64,000 nucleotides of DNA from Leucoraja erinacea (lineage: Eukaryota), in NCBI RefSeq assembly GCF_028641065.1, contig NC_073378.1:85312001-85376000 (forward strand). Reading direction: 5' to 3'. Below are positions 1-11,789 of this stretch, one piece after another. The notes under the pieces are model-generated. The model made no database searches. It saw only the letters and a program-made list of their open reading frames with translations, and had not been told where the DNA came from. The translations under genes and the position numbers were made by a program. Each line of letters begins with the position of its first letter. The stretch's first letter is position 1.

Positions 1-680
1 CAAAGCGGCACCTTATGTGTCGTAGATCGCTGATAAATCATTCAACAGGCTCATCAGCCTGTTGCTGTCGGGCGAAAAATCGTGTTCTCTCGATTATACA
101 GTTCGATGGCAGGTCGCACAGTTCTCTAAACATCCTCAGTAGGACTGTCGGGTTGTCGATAGTTTCAGCTGGCACCAGTACCTGACCATTCGTGTCGAGG
201 TGTGCTGGGGCGAATTCAAAGATGTCTGCATGGATCATTGTTTCCGGACCCGCTAGATTGAGCAGTAGCGATGCCTTCAGATCGTCGGGGTCGTTTCGGT
301 GAACAATACGGATATAGTGAGCGTAGTCTCGCGCAAACATTCACCAGCGCTCGGCTGTGTCTGAATCAAACACAAGCGGACTTGGCTTTCGACAGGAGTT
401 AGCCATGTCATCAAAATCATTCACAAATAAAAACTGATAAACTAAATAAATCGCGGTTAACAGACGAGGGTTGGACCCAATTTTCTGACACCATGTAAAT
501 ACCTTAGTCTCACACAGGTTAAAGCACAAGCATCTTTATTGTCCAGTTCATCACCATATAAGCAGTACATCACACGTTCAGTCTACCACAGCTACCGAAA
601 ACAGTAGGCAAGTTCTTACACTATAAATCATGCATTATACGGTGTTATAATTACTAAGCATTCTGATTGGCTAACATGCA
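1..680 (-). mobile_element. Gypsy/Ty3-type LTR retrotransposon 5' end: LTR, PBS and stop-interrupted gag N-terminus
   Basis: Minus strand reads ...ACA|TGGTGTCAGAA (LTR end at 494, PBS 481-493, tRNA-Leu-like), with AATAAA in the LTR (535-540). Then MANSCRKPSPLVFDSDTAERW*MFARDY...ERTRFFARQQQADEPVE, typical of Gypsy gag. Outer LTR boundary uncertain. Confidence 0.75.
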
Positions 681-989
681 ATAGCCAATCTACAGTTCTG
701 ATTTAAATTAATTTAAATTAAATTATCACATAATTCTATAAACCCAAATAATCATAAACAGTGAAATATCTAAATGTGGACAATTAGTAGATACAAATAA
801 TTAAGGGTGAAAGTTGAAAATCATAATTCTCATTTTAATGATAGGGACAACAATAAATGCTTCTGGTTGGTGTCTCTTTGCTGAAAACTAACAATGGTCT
901 GATACATCCAAATGGTTACCTTGTTCTTTTGAGTCACAGCAACCTTTCTGAGAAATAACAACAACTTCCAGCAATGTTGATTTGAGCTG

Positions 990-1990
990 AATGGTACAGG
1001 GGCAAGTCCAACTATATACTTACAAGGATGTTGCCAGGACTCCAGGGCCTGAGCTGCAGGAGAGATTGTGCAGGCTAAGACTCTACTCCTTGGAGAAAAG
1101 GAGCCTCATGTAGGATCTGTTCAAGGTCTTTAAAATCATGAGGGGCATGGATAGTGTGAATGTGCAGAGTATTTTACCCAGAGTAAGAGAATCAAGAACC
1201 AGAGGACATAGGTTTAAAGTGAGAGGGGAAAGATTTAATAGGAACCTGATAAGCAACTTTTTCACACCAAGGGTGGTGGGTATATGGAATAGTTTAGGCA
1301 TTTAAATATATATTTGGAGAGATGCATGGAGAGAAAAGGTTTAGAGGGATATATTGCCAAATTTGGGCTGGGAGATTCAGATTCAATTTTAATTGTCATT
1401 GTCAGTGTACAGTACAGAGACATCGAAATGCATTTAGCATCTCCCTGGAGGAGCGACATAGCAAACGATTTGAATAAATAATAATAAGTGTCCGGGGGAG
1501 GGGGGGGTGGTGATTGGCAGTCACCGAGGTACGTTGTTGAGTAGAGTGACAGCCGCCGGAAAGAAGCTGTTCCTCGACCTGCTGGTTCGGCAACGGAGAG
1601 ACCTGTAGCGCCTCCCGGATGGTAGGAGGGTAAACAGTCCATGGTTGGGGTGAGAGCAGTCCTTGGCGATGCTGAGCGCCCTCCGCAGACAGCGCTTGCT
1701 TTGGACAGACTCAATGGAGGGGAGCAAGGAACCGGTGATGCGTTGGGCAATTTTCACCACCCTCTGCAATGCCTTCCGGTCGGAGACAAAGCAGTTGCCA
1801 TACCATACTGTGATGCAGTTGGTAAGGATGCTCTCGATGGTGCAGCGGTAGAAGTTCACCAGGATCTGAGGAGACAGATGGACCTGAGGAGACGGACCTT
1901 CTTCAGTCTCCTCAGAACCAGCCTAGGTGGGGCATCTTGGCCGGCATGGATAAATTGGGCTGAAGGGTCTGTTTCTTTGCTGTATATCTC
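990..1990 (+). mobile_element. Decayed CR1 LINE 3' fragment, split by a Rex1-type insertion
   Basis: CR1 3' motifs (RTRGHRFKVRGERF) and 3' UTR gggctgaagggtctgtttc resuming after ~1915. Confidence 0.7.
1373..1915 (-). mobile_element. Rex1/Babar LINE 3' fragment
   Basis: ORF 1521..1859 (FYRCTIESILTNCITVWYG...LPSGRRYRSLRCRTSRSRNSFFP) plus (TGAATC)n tail; homologous to the C-terminus of the 60988..63198 ORF. Confidence 0.85.
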
Positions 1991-3404
1991 TATATTAACT
2001 TTGATGCCTTTGCTGAATGCAATATCAAAGAGTGAATCAAATCAAACTGGGAAATAGTAAACCAGCTAATCTGTAGAGGCAAATGGACAGGCAATGTTTC
2101 AGGTTGGGTCCCTTCTTGATACCCTTGCTAATGTTCAGCAACAGAGATCTTTGACTGGAAGCAATAAATATTTTTGCAATAAGTACAGTGAAAATTACTT
2201 TTTTTTTTAAACTTCCATCCTTAATTATGTGTTAGGTTTTATTTTTACTTGCTGTCCACATACATCAACTTCACTATTTGGGATTATTCAGGAAATATAG
2301 AATTACATGATGGGCCTTAATATAAAGCACAATAAGAAAAGAATGGTGATTGAAGACCAATTTTTGTTCACATATGGAAAGGAAAAATCAGCTGGGCTGG
2401 TGTATTGCACATGAAACCGTTTTTGAATTTTTGGAGAGGAAATATGAACGAAGATAATAAAATTGAGTGAATCATATAAAAAACGTCCAAGCCGTTAATT
2501 TGTGTGATTGTGATGTGTTTAATTGGCTAGATTCGGAAAGTGCAAAGTGTTCCGACCCATCCCACCACACACACACAGGCAAACCCCCATTATAATGCTT
2601 CATCTCACCATATCTGCAGCGTTTTTTCATCCCCGTGTCTTATATACTCACCAATTGTCGTTTAGAAAACATCCAAGCATTAGCTTAACCACATCCTGTA
2701 CCTCAAGTACTAAGCACCTCATTCTTATCATTGTTTACGTCAGATGGGCTGGAAGTAAAGACTGGTCTAGAAAACAATAAATGAGAAATGGAGCTTTTGG
2801 GGCAGGAATAGTTGAGAAATAATTGAAACTATTTTCAATTGAATGTCTATATGATTCTGTGAGACTATAATTCTAAATGGATGGTGATGAACGTGTAAAA
2901 TGTCATATTTAGTTTTTCTTTTAATTTCACAATTTTTTAAATATTTATAACATTTCTTAGCAATGATGTTATAAAACACTTTAATTGCACCAACAAATGG
3001 CTTAATGTTGTCAGCCAACTGGGATGCCAAAAGATGTACACATTCAATGCAATTCCACCAGAGGGAGCTCCGGTACTTTGCAGCGTGTGCCTAGCATTTA
3101 AATTTGATATGTTAATATCCCTGAGATTTTCTGTTTGTAATCCTGATTTCATGTTCTAATATATGAACATTTTAATACATTTGATAATGTCCATAAATTA
3201 CACTTAATATTGCAGCTGCTTAGATTATCTTTGCATTTTGTAAAAGGCTCAATGTGCCTCTTTGAAGGAGTTGTCTAGTATTATTCACACTCCCCTACTC
3301 GTTCCTCAGGCTCTGCAAATCATTTCTTTCAAGAATATGTTCAATTTGCTTTTGAAAATTACCATTGCAATTGTTTCCACCAATGTATTCTAGGATATGC
3401 ATTG

Positions 3405-3685
3405 GGAGGCACAGTGGAGCAGCAGTGGAAATGCTGCCTTACAACACCTGAGACCTGGGCTTGATTCTCACAACGGAGTTTGTACATTTTCCCTGTGACC
3501 ACTTGGGTTTTCTCCAGGTGCTCCAGTTCATTCCCACATTCCAAAGACGTGCAAGTTGTGAGTTTGCAAGTGAATTGACTTTTGTAAATTGTCCCTAATG
3601 TGCAGTATAGTACAGGTGACCGATGGCTGGTGTGGACTCGATGGGCCGAAGGTTCCCTGTTTTCATGCTGTATCCCTAGCTCTAA
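3405..3685 (+). mobile_element. tRNA-derived SINE (HE1/V-SINE type)
   Basis: ggcacagtggagcagcagtgg head, V-domain-like tttctccaggtgctccagtt, CR1-derived tail gggccgaagg. Confidence 0.75.
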
Positions 3686-4164
3686 ATAATTTTACTAAAG
3701 CAAATGCCAAATATTCCATCAAAACGTAGCATTTCTGAAAAAGTCAACTTCAGCCTCACATAACCTTTTTCTTCTCATAGGAAATTAGATTATCTTGCTT
3801 CGTCAGGTAAGTGAGGACCCCAGCAAATGTATCACATTGTTCAGTCGATTCAGCATCTGTCCAAGCCATGATATGCTAAAATGTTGTGCCAAAATTAGAC
3901 ACAATGCTCCAATGGTGCCTAAAACATGAAATATAAATGAAGTATAACGTTTATCATAACATTGACGTATCTAAACATTTAATAGCATTTTTTATTGCTT
4001 TTTATCTAAAACTTAATAACACATCTTGAAAGATTGTAACCCGGCATTTTAACCCAGTGTATTTGTATCTTGTGCTGGATCTGTGCAGCGGTCAATGGAT
4101 CAGCTTACACTGAAGGGTGATGCCATACCTGTGTGGGCCATTTAGATATGATATTGGGTGCTAT

Positions 4165-4290
4165 TTAGATATGTCCTGGGTATGACCCATCCTTGATCAT
4201 GCCGGTGGGCTTGCTGATGCAATGTGAAGTGTAGATGGAGTCAGTGGAAGGAAGGTTGGTTTGCATGATGGCCTCTAATTTTGAGCAGCA
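4165..4290 (-). mobile_element. Old Rex1-type LINE fragment
   Basis: Translation TNLPSTDSIYTSHCISKPTGMIKDGSYPGH. Confidence 0.55.
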
Positions 4291-4383
4291 TCCTGGATAT
4301 ACTGTGTTCGTAAATTGCTGAAAAATAAATTGAATCTGTAATTTATGCAGCTCTCCTTCTTCCATAGGTTTGGTTCTGTGAAG

Positions 4384-4745
4384 AGTAAGTAAGTAAATAG
4401 TAAAGTAAGTAAATTTTATTTATACAGGGTATAACACGTTTAAATTAACTCGCGTTGAAACCCAAAGTGCTCAACATAGAAGAAATAATTAAGTTTCCAT
4501 ACGTCCATAGAAAAATTAAAAAAAATAAAAATGACACAACACATTACAGAATTCAACATGAACATCCCCCCACAACAGAATCAAAAAATTTCCACTGTGG
4601 GGAAAGGCATCAGAAAGTTAAGTCCTCTTCCTCTGTGATCACCCGAGGTCGGGGCCTATTTGTGGCCTCCGCAGCCAGTCCCATGTTTTCAGGGAAGATG
4701 GAACTCCGGCGTTGGGTGAACACTCCTCAGCGGCTTGGCATGTCT
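4384..4745 (-). mobile_element. Retroelement 3' portion with (TTAC)n tail, family unassigned
   Basis: gtaagtaagtaa repeat next to tttatt (AATAAA on minus), followed by a GC-richer body. Confidence 0.4.
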
Positions 4746-4749
4746 GTAG

Positions 4750-5640
4750 ACATTTATATTGCAATGGTATCAACAAGCTTAGGAATACTCTCAGATTTGA
4801 CATGAATTTATCTCCAGACTCAGGAGTAATGCCTAAAGGAGGCATTGGGACTGTAGTTTCTGGGCCATGCTGGCAGAAGGAATTGATTGTATCCCATTCT
4901 CCATTAGCAAACTTTGAAAATATAATCTTTGTTCCCTGACTGTCACCCTCTGAACTAATGAGGTGAAAAGAATTAAGATTTATTGATCCAGGCAACTACG
5001 CTGCAGCAAACATTGCGCAGACTTCCCCGACATTAAGTACAACCTAAATGGACAGCGATTGAAATGTCTTCCTCATCACTTGGACTCTAAGCTCCACCAC
5101 TGGAGCACAGCTGCGTGTCATGTCTAGATTTGAAGATTGCTGGACAGTCCCGAGACCTAGCATTGTGTGTTGTCTGTGATGAAGGATATTGAGTCATGGC
5201 TTTGGCAAAGAATGCGCGTGTTCTGGTAAATACAAATCTTTCTCGCTTTTTGAATGAGTAATGCATGTTATCTGAACATCCTGGACTGACCCTGTGACAT
5301 CGATCATAGACATTGGCAGCAAGAATATACATTATTTTCCTGTGCTAGCCATTGATGCTTTATTCAGTGGTAGAACTCCTTGACAGTGTTTGTGATAAGA
5401 TGAGTATTGTTGCGTGTTATTCATGAATGAAAGCTACAAGACCAAGGCCAAAGTTACGAGGACAGGGACTCCTGTCTGCCATCTTTGCTATATGTGGGTG
5501 CAGCTCACCATAGACCTGCTTGCTCTTCCGCCATCAAACTATTGCAAATATCAAGCCCAATAAAATAAGTCAGAAGTCTGCCTCCAGTGCATGGATCAAA
5601 GCCACTAGCTACCTTGGAAAATTAATACCAAAAGCAATTA
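4750..5640 (-). pseudogene. Candidate endogenous viral element: decayed negative-strand RNA virus L-protein capping-domain fragment
   Basis: Across frameshifts and stops, in order: GELHPHI (~5500), NMHYSF (~5260), ISFITD / DCPAIFK (~5130-5190), VHLGCT*C (5030-5053). Order and spacing resemble Mononegavirales GPxxPYLGSxT, HR, ISxSTD/NYDFMFQ and HxHxxCxxC. By eye only. Confidence 0.33.
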
Positions 5641-6014
5641 CTGTCAGTTCTTAAAATTAAAACACCAAGAAAAAAAAGTCAAAAGCTGCAGTCTGACAGT
5701 TCAAATAAAGCAACCAATGATTTGCATGACAACGGTTAATGATCCCTTCAACGCACTCTCCAATCTCGGTGCACCCATGGTCTCTGTGATTGACATAAAA
5801 TGTAAAATTGGTGAGCAGGAAGCCACGGCTACTGAAAAGGCCATTTGTGTCATGAAAGAAACACAAGACACCATTTAGCCTGCTTTGAAAAGTGCCATTT
5901 TTAATTGGGCATGCTGCACAACATATGGGAGCTCCAATTCAAAGTGGTGACAGGCAAATTCTGCACGCTGCTCAGCTTTAGATTACCATTCTGCTTTCAG
6001 TGCCTTCAGAGTAA

Positions 6015-6752
6015 AGGGGCTGTCCCACTGCGGCAACCTAATCTGCGAGTTTAGACGAGTTTGCCCTCGACTCAAACTCGCAGCATGGTCGACACGTGGT
6101 CCTATGAGGTCCTATGTGGTGACTGGAACTCTCCTTCATGCTCGAGGGAAGTTCCTGAATACTTGCGGCTTCAGCTAGTTCGCGGAAAAATTTTCAGCAT
6201 GTTGAAAAATTTTCCGCGAGTAAAATTTGGTCGGCATAATTCTATTTAACTTGTAGTGCAGTGGTGTGGGGTCGCTATTTAGTTACAAGCAGTCGAGGGC
6301 AGCCGTAGACAATCTTCTTCGCTGACCAGGCATTTTGATTGGCTCATTGGAATTTTCAGGACTAGGGAAAACCGACCAGTAGGTAAAATGCTCAGCTAAA
6401 TTTTATTATACTTTTTAAAAGTGTCTTCACTCCTTCTCCCCCCCCCCCCTTCTCTCTCCCCTTCTCTCCCCTTCTCTCCCTCTCCGCGCTCTCTAAAGGA
6501 CTTACCTTACACTGTGAAGCCGTCTTTAACCTTCCTCTTCATCGCGGGTGTGAATTTCAGACAGCGCTCCCCCCGCTTTCCCTGGCCCACGCCTTTGCGA
6601 TTGGTTTGTGTGTGTGGTCGGTTGATCCAGCTCGCGGTTTCCACGCGGACGGTCGATCCAGCTTGAGGTTTTCCAGGCAAGTGCCCTCGGCGTGAAGGTT
6701 AAAGACACTCTTGTGAACTCACGGATTAGGTCGCCGCAGTGGGACAGCCCCT
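6015..6752. mobile_element. Non-autonomous DNA transposon (PIF/Harbinger-like MITE)
   Basis: TIRs aggggctgtcccactgcggcaacctaatc ... gattaggtcgccgcagtgggacagcccct. Confidence 0.8.
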
Positions 6753-7819
6753 GACTACTTATTTGGGAGGCAAAGCAGACACTTCCAATTTAAAACCATT
6801 CTTTGCCCCTCACTACATTTTGATAACATTTTAAGAAGTGACAATGTTAAAGTCTTTCTGTGAAATCTTTGCTACAGTATCTAAATAATTTATTAGAAAA
6901 GTGGATCTTTTGGTTGTCATCAGCGCTATTCCACAGATTACGTCGTCGAGTGATTTATTTCCATTATTATTGGAAATTGTACAATGTTTGGTTTTTTAAA
7001 CTGAAGACAGAAAAAACAAGCAAATAGATACTAATTTTTCCTTCTAATCATTTTGTTTTTAAGTTCATGCATGTTAAAGTTATTCAATCATATCCTGGAA
7101 TATGTTGCTCAAAGGGAACACAAAAAGAAAATCACTCGAAAAATTGCACAGAGGAATATCAGCTGCTGCTTGAACTTGCCTTTCACAAAATTGGTTAAAA
7201 CCATCCAAAAAGAAAATCATATCAGAATTAGTAATTATGTCAATATTTTTATTAGAGGATTATCAGTGGTCAGTGATAATGTTTGATAATCAAATACCAG
7301 ATGTGCATGAATTGATGCAATAGACTTATTATGCAAATGTAGAATAACATTTGCATAATAGACACACCTAAGCAAGTTTTCTCAGGCTGAACAGAGCAAT
7401 CCTTTTGGACAATCAGATACTAGATTCAAGGTTTCAGAATAGAACATTTCCAATATCACCTGGGTTTTGCTGTTGCTGTTAATTTTACCCTTAAGGGGTA
7501 AATTATGTTATAAACATTTTAAATCTATCTTAATATTTGTTTTTTATTTAAACTTTGTTTATAGCGTTAATTACAGCATTAATAACTTTTTTTATAGCGT
7601 TAATAGTAAGATTAAACGAGAACTTACCAGTTTGAAGTTTGATCTGTATTTTATGAGGAGTTACGATGAGGGATTACGTGTAGAAGCCCGCCAGGACGCA
7701 TGCGTATCATTCTTCAAAGCAGCAGTGTGAAATCATAGATAACTGTAATGATTTAAACATAGTAAGATTAGAGACGAGATACCAGTTAAGTATATGATCA
7801 AGGGCGGAGCGGAGGGCAA

Positions 7820-7927
7820 GTAATCCCTCATCGTAAATCCTCATAAAATACAGATCAAACTTGAAACTGGTAAGCTCGTTTAATCTTACTATTTTACTTC
7901 GGAGTCACGTGAGTGATTACGTGAAGA
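7820..7927. repeat. DIRS internal complementary region (ICR)
   Basis: 7820-7891 is the inverted copy of 7604-7678; 7892-7927 matches the DIRS 5' terminus seen at 63731. Confidence 0.85.
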
Positions 7928-8095
7928 TTTTAAAGCTCTGTGATTTCATGCCGTGGAAACGAGTCCATGCATCACATCTGCCTTGGCTGTAGGAGGAATA
8001 GTGTCAACATAATTTGGACATGATTCGTCATTGAAATCATAAAATTTATTAAAACAAATTATAAACCCTTTTATGGGTTTGATTAATTTACAAAA

Positions 8096-9002
8096 TTAAA
8101 AAAAAAATTTTGCAAATGTTCCAGCTTTCATCACTGGTTTATTGTAAAATAACTGGAAAGTTCTTTCCCCTGACCATCCTGCTGCTTCGAGGACTTGGTC
8201 CATGGGCACATCCAGTTGTACTGCTGCCGATGTAGTTGCAGTGGAATGAGATTTAAAACCGTTAGTATCCACCCCAGCCTGTGTCAGTACCTGTTTCAGC
8301 CATCTCGAGATGGTCTGGACCGTCACTTTTGTGAGGTTGCTTATGGCTGGTCAGCAGTCCATTCTCATTGCCTCTTAGGATTTTTGTTTTCTCTATGTAT
8401 AATGACAGGTGTCTAACTATACATAGACGGTCATCTGAAGGGTATGACCTGAAGTGTATATTGAGGCCTGCTGAACCCTGTCTGTTCTGCTTAACCAGTT
8501 CGTAGATGTGGAACGTAATATCGTCCGGTGAGGAGGTCATGTTGTCCAGTCTGAGTTTATGCAGTGACTGAACCCTCTGTGCCGTGACCAGTGCCATTAA
8601 CATGACTGTTTTCAAAGTTAGTCTTTGTAGGGACAGAGTTGATGCTGGAGACCAGGTCCTGAGCGTTTTCAGGACAATGCTTACATCCCAAATTTGGGAG
8701 TACCTGGTTTTTGGGGAATTCGTATTAAATATTCCCCTCATGAGCTTTGTTACCAGAGGGTGAGTCCCTACAGTGTAACGCTCTGTCCCTTGCCATAGGT
8801 AAGTTGACAGGGCACTTCTGGTGCTGTTGATGGCACTGTAGCTTAGCCCCTCATCATAGTGGAGGCCTGCCAGATATTCCAGAACAGACGGGATGTTCAT
8901 GTTTCTGTTGGTGATGTTGTTCTTTTGACAGTACATTTCCCACTTCCTGATGTAGATCAGATATTGTTTTTTCGTTGATTGTCTTTGGGCCGCCGAGATC
9001 AT
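8096..9002 (-). pseudogene. DIRS tyrosine recombinase, frameshifted near 8326
   Basis: ORFs 8262..9002 and 8096..8326 join: TAQRVQSL (catalytic R), HST with the following R lost by a deletion, AAGWS..TF..FY (catalytic Y). Confidence 0.88.
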
Positions 9003-9598
9003 GATCGCCGTTCGGTCCGTTAGTCCCAGTTGTAGAAGTGGTATTTTTAAACTCTACAAATTAACAGGTTCAAGCTTTTATGGCATGGATAGCTATCCCC
9101 TGTCACGGGATGTAGTAACAAGTCTGGTCTATGTGGGATGTTAATACATGGTTCTAACACCATGTTTTGCACCACTGGGAACCATGGTTGTGTAGGCCAA
9201 TCAGGTACTACCAAAATACCAGACGCAGAGTCTTGTTGTATTTTCCTTAATACCCGACTGATGAGGCAGAAAGGAGGGAATGCATAGATAAACAATTTCC
9301 CCCAATGCAGTGAGAATGCATCTGTTGCTGCTGCCCCAGGACCTGGTTCCTATGAAACATATTTAGATATCTGGCTGTTAAGTCTGGATGCAAATAGATC
9401 GATATCTGGTGTCCCATATTTTGCTGTAATATCAGCAAATACCATTTTGTTCAACATCCATTCGGTGTTTTCATTAAATTTGCGTGACCTGGTTGGTGTC
9501 TGCCACTAAATTTAGTCTCCCTGGTAGGTAAGTGGCTGATATCCAAATATCTCTCTGGATGCACCATTGCCAAATTGAATTAGCGAGATTGTCACATG

Positions 9599-10592
9599 AT
9601 AGAAACATAGAAACATAGAAATTAGGTGCAGGAGTAGGCCATTCGGCCCTTCGAGCCTGCACCACCATTCAATATGATCATGGCTGATCATCCAACTCAG
9701 TATCCCGTACCTGCCTTCTCTCCATACCCTCTGATCCCCTTAGCCACAAGGGCCACATCTAACTCCCTCTTAAATATAGCCAATGAACTGGCCTCGACTA
9801 CCCTCTGTGGCAGAGTTCCAGAGATTCACCACTCTCTGTGTGAAAAAAGTTCTTCTCATCTCGGTTTTAAAGGATTTCCCCCTTATCCTTAAGCTGTGAC
9901 CCCTTGTCCTGGACTTCCCCAACATCGGGAACAATCTTCCTGCATCTAGCCTGTCCAACCCCTTAAGAATTTTGTAAGTTTCTATAAGATCCCCTCTCAA
10001 TCTCCTAAATTCTAGAGATTATAAACCAAGTCTATCCAGTCTTTCTTCATAAGACAGTCCTGACATCCCAGGAATCAGTCTGGTGAACCTTCTCTGCACT
10101 CCCTCTATGGCAATAATGTCCTTCCTCAGATTTGGAGACCAAAACTGTACGCAATACTCCAGGTATGGTCTCACCAAGACCCTGTACAACTGCAGTAGAA
10201 CCTCCCTGCTCCTATACTCAAATCCCTTTGCTATGAAAGCCAACATACCATTCGCTTTCTTCACTGCCTGCTGCACCTGCATGCCTACTTTCAATGACCT
10301 CACATTTATCCACATTATACTGCATCTGCCAAACATTTGCCCACACACCCAGCCTATCCAAGTCACCTTGCAGTCTCCTAGCATCCTCCTCACAGGGGCT
10401 AACACTGCCCCCCCCCCAGCTTAGTGTCATCCGCAAACTTGGAGATATTGCCTTCAATTCCCTCATCCAGATCATTAATATATATGGTAAATAGCTGGGG
10501 TCCCAGCACTGAGCCTTGCGGTACCCCACTAGTCACTGCCCGCCATTGTGAAAAGGACCCGTTTACTCCTAATCTTTGCTTCCTGTTTGCCA
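9599..10592 (-). mobile_element. Young CR1 LINE, 5'-truncated, with ~100-bp internal deletion
   Basis: RT motifs [10 protein letters not shown] and KFADDTK; (TTTCTATG)n tail; near-identical to copies at 20146 and 28378. Confidence 0.92.
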
Positions 10593-11557
10593 TCCTCATT
10601 CTTTAGGGAATGGGGGTTCCCCTCTTCCATTACAGATGTGGCTCTCACAAGGTTCTCCTCGATATCCTGCAGCTCTGCTCTTGCTCCCCCTGCCCCTATT
10701 CGTAACAAGGACAGAGTCCCCCTTGTCTTCACCTTCTACCCCATCAGCCGTCGCATACAGCATATAATCCTCCAATATTTTTGCCATCTCCAACGGGATC
10801 CCACTACTGGCCACATCTTCCCATCTCCACTGCTTTCTGCAAAGATCATTCCCTCTGCAACTCCCTGGTCAACTCGTCCCTTCCCACCCAAAGCAGCCTC
10901 TACCCCTGCAACCGCAGGAGTTACAATACCTGTCCCTTTACCTCCCCCCTCGACTCTGTCCAAGGACCGCAACAGTCTTCTCAGGTGAGGCAAAGGTTCA
11001 CTCAAACCTCCTCCAAAACCTCCTCCAACCTTATCTACTGTATCCGCTGTTCCAGGTGTCAACTCCTGTACATCGGCGAGACCAAGCGCAGGCTCGGCTA
11101 TCGTTTCGCTAAACACCTCCGCTCAGTCCGCCTTAACCTACTTGATCTCCCAGTTGCTCAGAACGTTAACTCCCTCTCCCATTCCCAATCTGACCTTTCT
11201 GTCCTGGGCCTCCTCCATTGTCAGAGTGAGGCCCAGCGCAAATTGGAGGAACAGCACCTCATATTTGGCTTGGGTAGCTTACACCCCTGTGGTATGAAGA
11301 TTGACTTCTCTAACTTCAAATAGCTTTCCCTCCCTCTCCATCCCCTCCACCTTCCCAGTTCTCCCACCAGTCTCACTATCTCTGACTACATTCTATCTCT
11401 GTCCCGCCCACTCCCCTCACATCAGTCTGAAGAAGGGTTTTGACCCGAAACATCACCCATCCCTTCTCTCCAGATATGCTGCCTGTCCCACTGAGTTACT
11501 GTAGCATCTTGTGTCTACCTTCGATTTAAATCAGCATCTACAATTGTTTTCTACACC
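10593..11557 (+). mobile_element. Penelope-like element 3' part with GIY-YIG endonuclease
   Basis: ORF 10781..11323: NLIYCIRCSRCQLLYIGETKRRLGYRFAKH...RKLEEQHLIFGLGSLHPCGMKIDF, followed by a terminal-repeat-like 3' region. Confidence 0.9.
11425..11457 (+). ncRNA. Minimal hammerhead-ribozyme-like motif in the Penelope 3' repeat
   Basis: CTGAAGA-A-GGGT-tttg-ACCC-GAAAC-ATC: CUGANGA and GAAA cores flanking a stem II. Confidence 0.55.
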
Positions 11558-11675
11558 TGTAAACTGTCCCTAGTGGGTGTAGGATAGTGTTAATATGCGG
11601 GGATCGCTGGTCAGTGTGGACTTGGTGGGCGAAAGGGCCTGTTTCCGTGTTGTATCTCTAAATCTAAAAACTAAA
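11558..11675 (+). mobile_element. HE1-type SINE 3' half
   Basis: tgtccctagtgggtgtaggatagtg...gaagggcctgtttccgtgttgtatctctaaa. Confidence 0.7.
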
Positions 11676-11789
11676 AAGTCCAGTAAAGTGCTTGCGGCAT
11701 TGGCTGAAGTTCTTTGCTCACAATTGGTAACCAATTTAATTTCTTCCTGTCAGTGGATACATAATGCTAAAGTAATAAGAAAAAAACCC

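Larger units (their letters stand above)
7602..9598 (-). mobile_element. DIRS1-type tyrosine-recombinase retrotransposon, 3' half
   Basis: RNase H end (IWQWCIQRDIWISATYLPGRLNLVAD), adenine-methyltransferase-like domain (DLFAS...YAFPPF...PDWPTQPWFP), YR ORF, terminal repeat and ICR. The 5' part is lost at the CR1 insertion (~9599). Confidence 0.92.

Noticed and set aside
3405-3480. tRNA-like A/B boxes here and at 17395 and 31565
   Set aside because: SINE heads continuing into SINE bodies, not tRNA genes.
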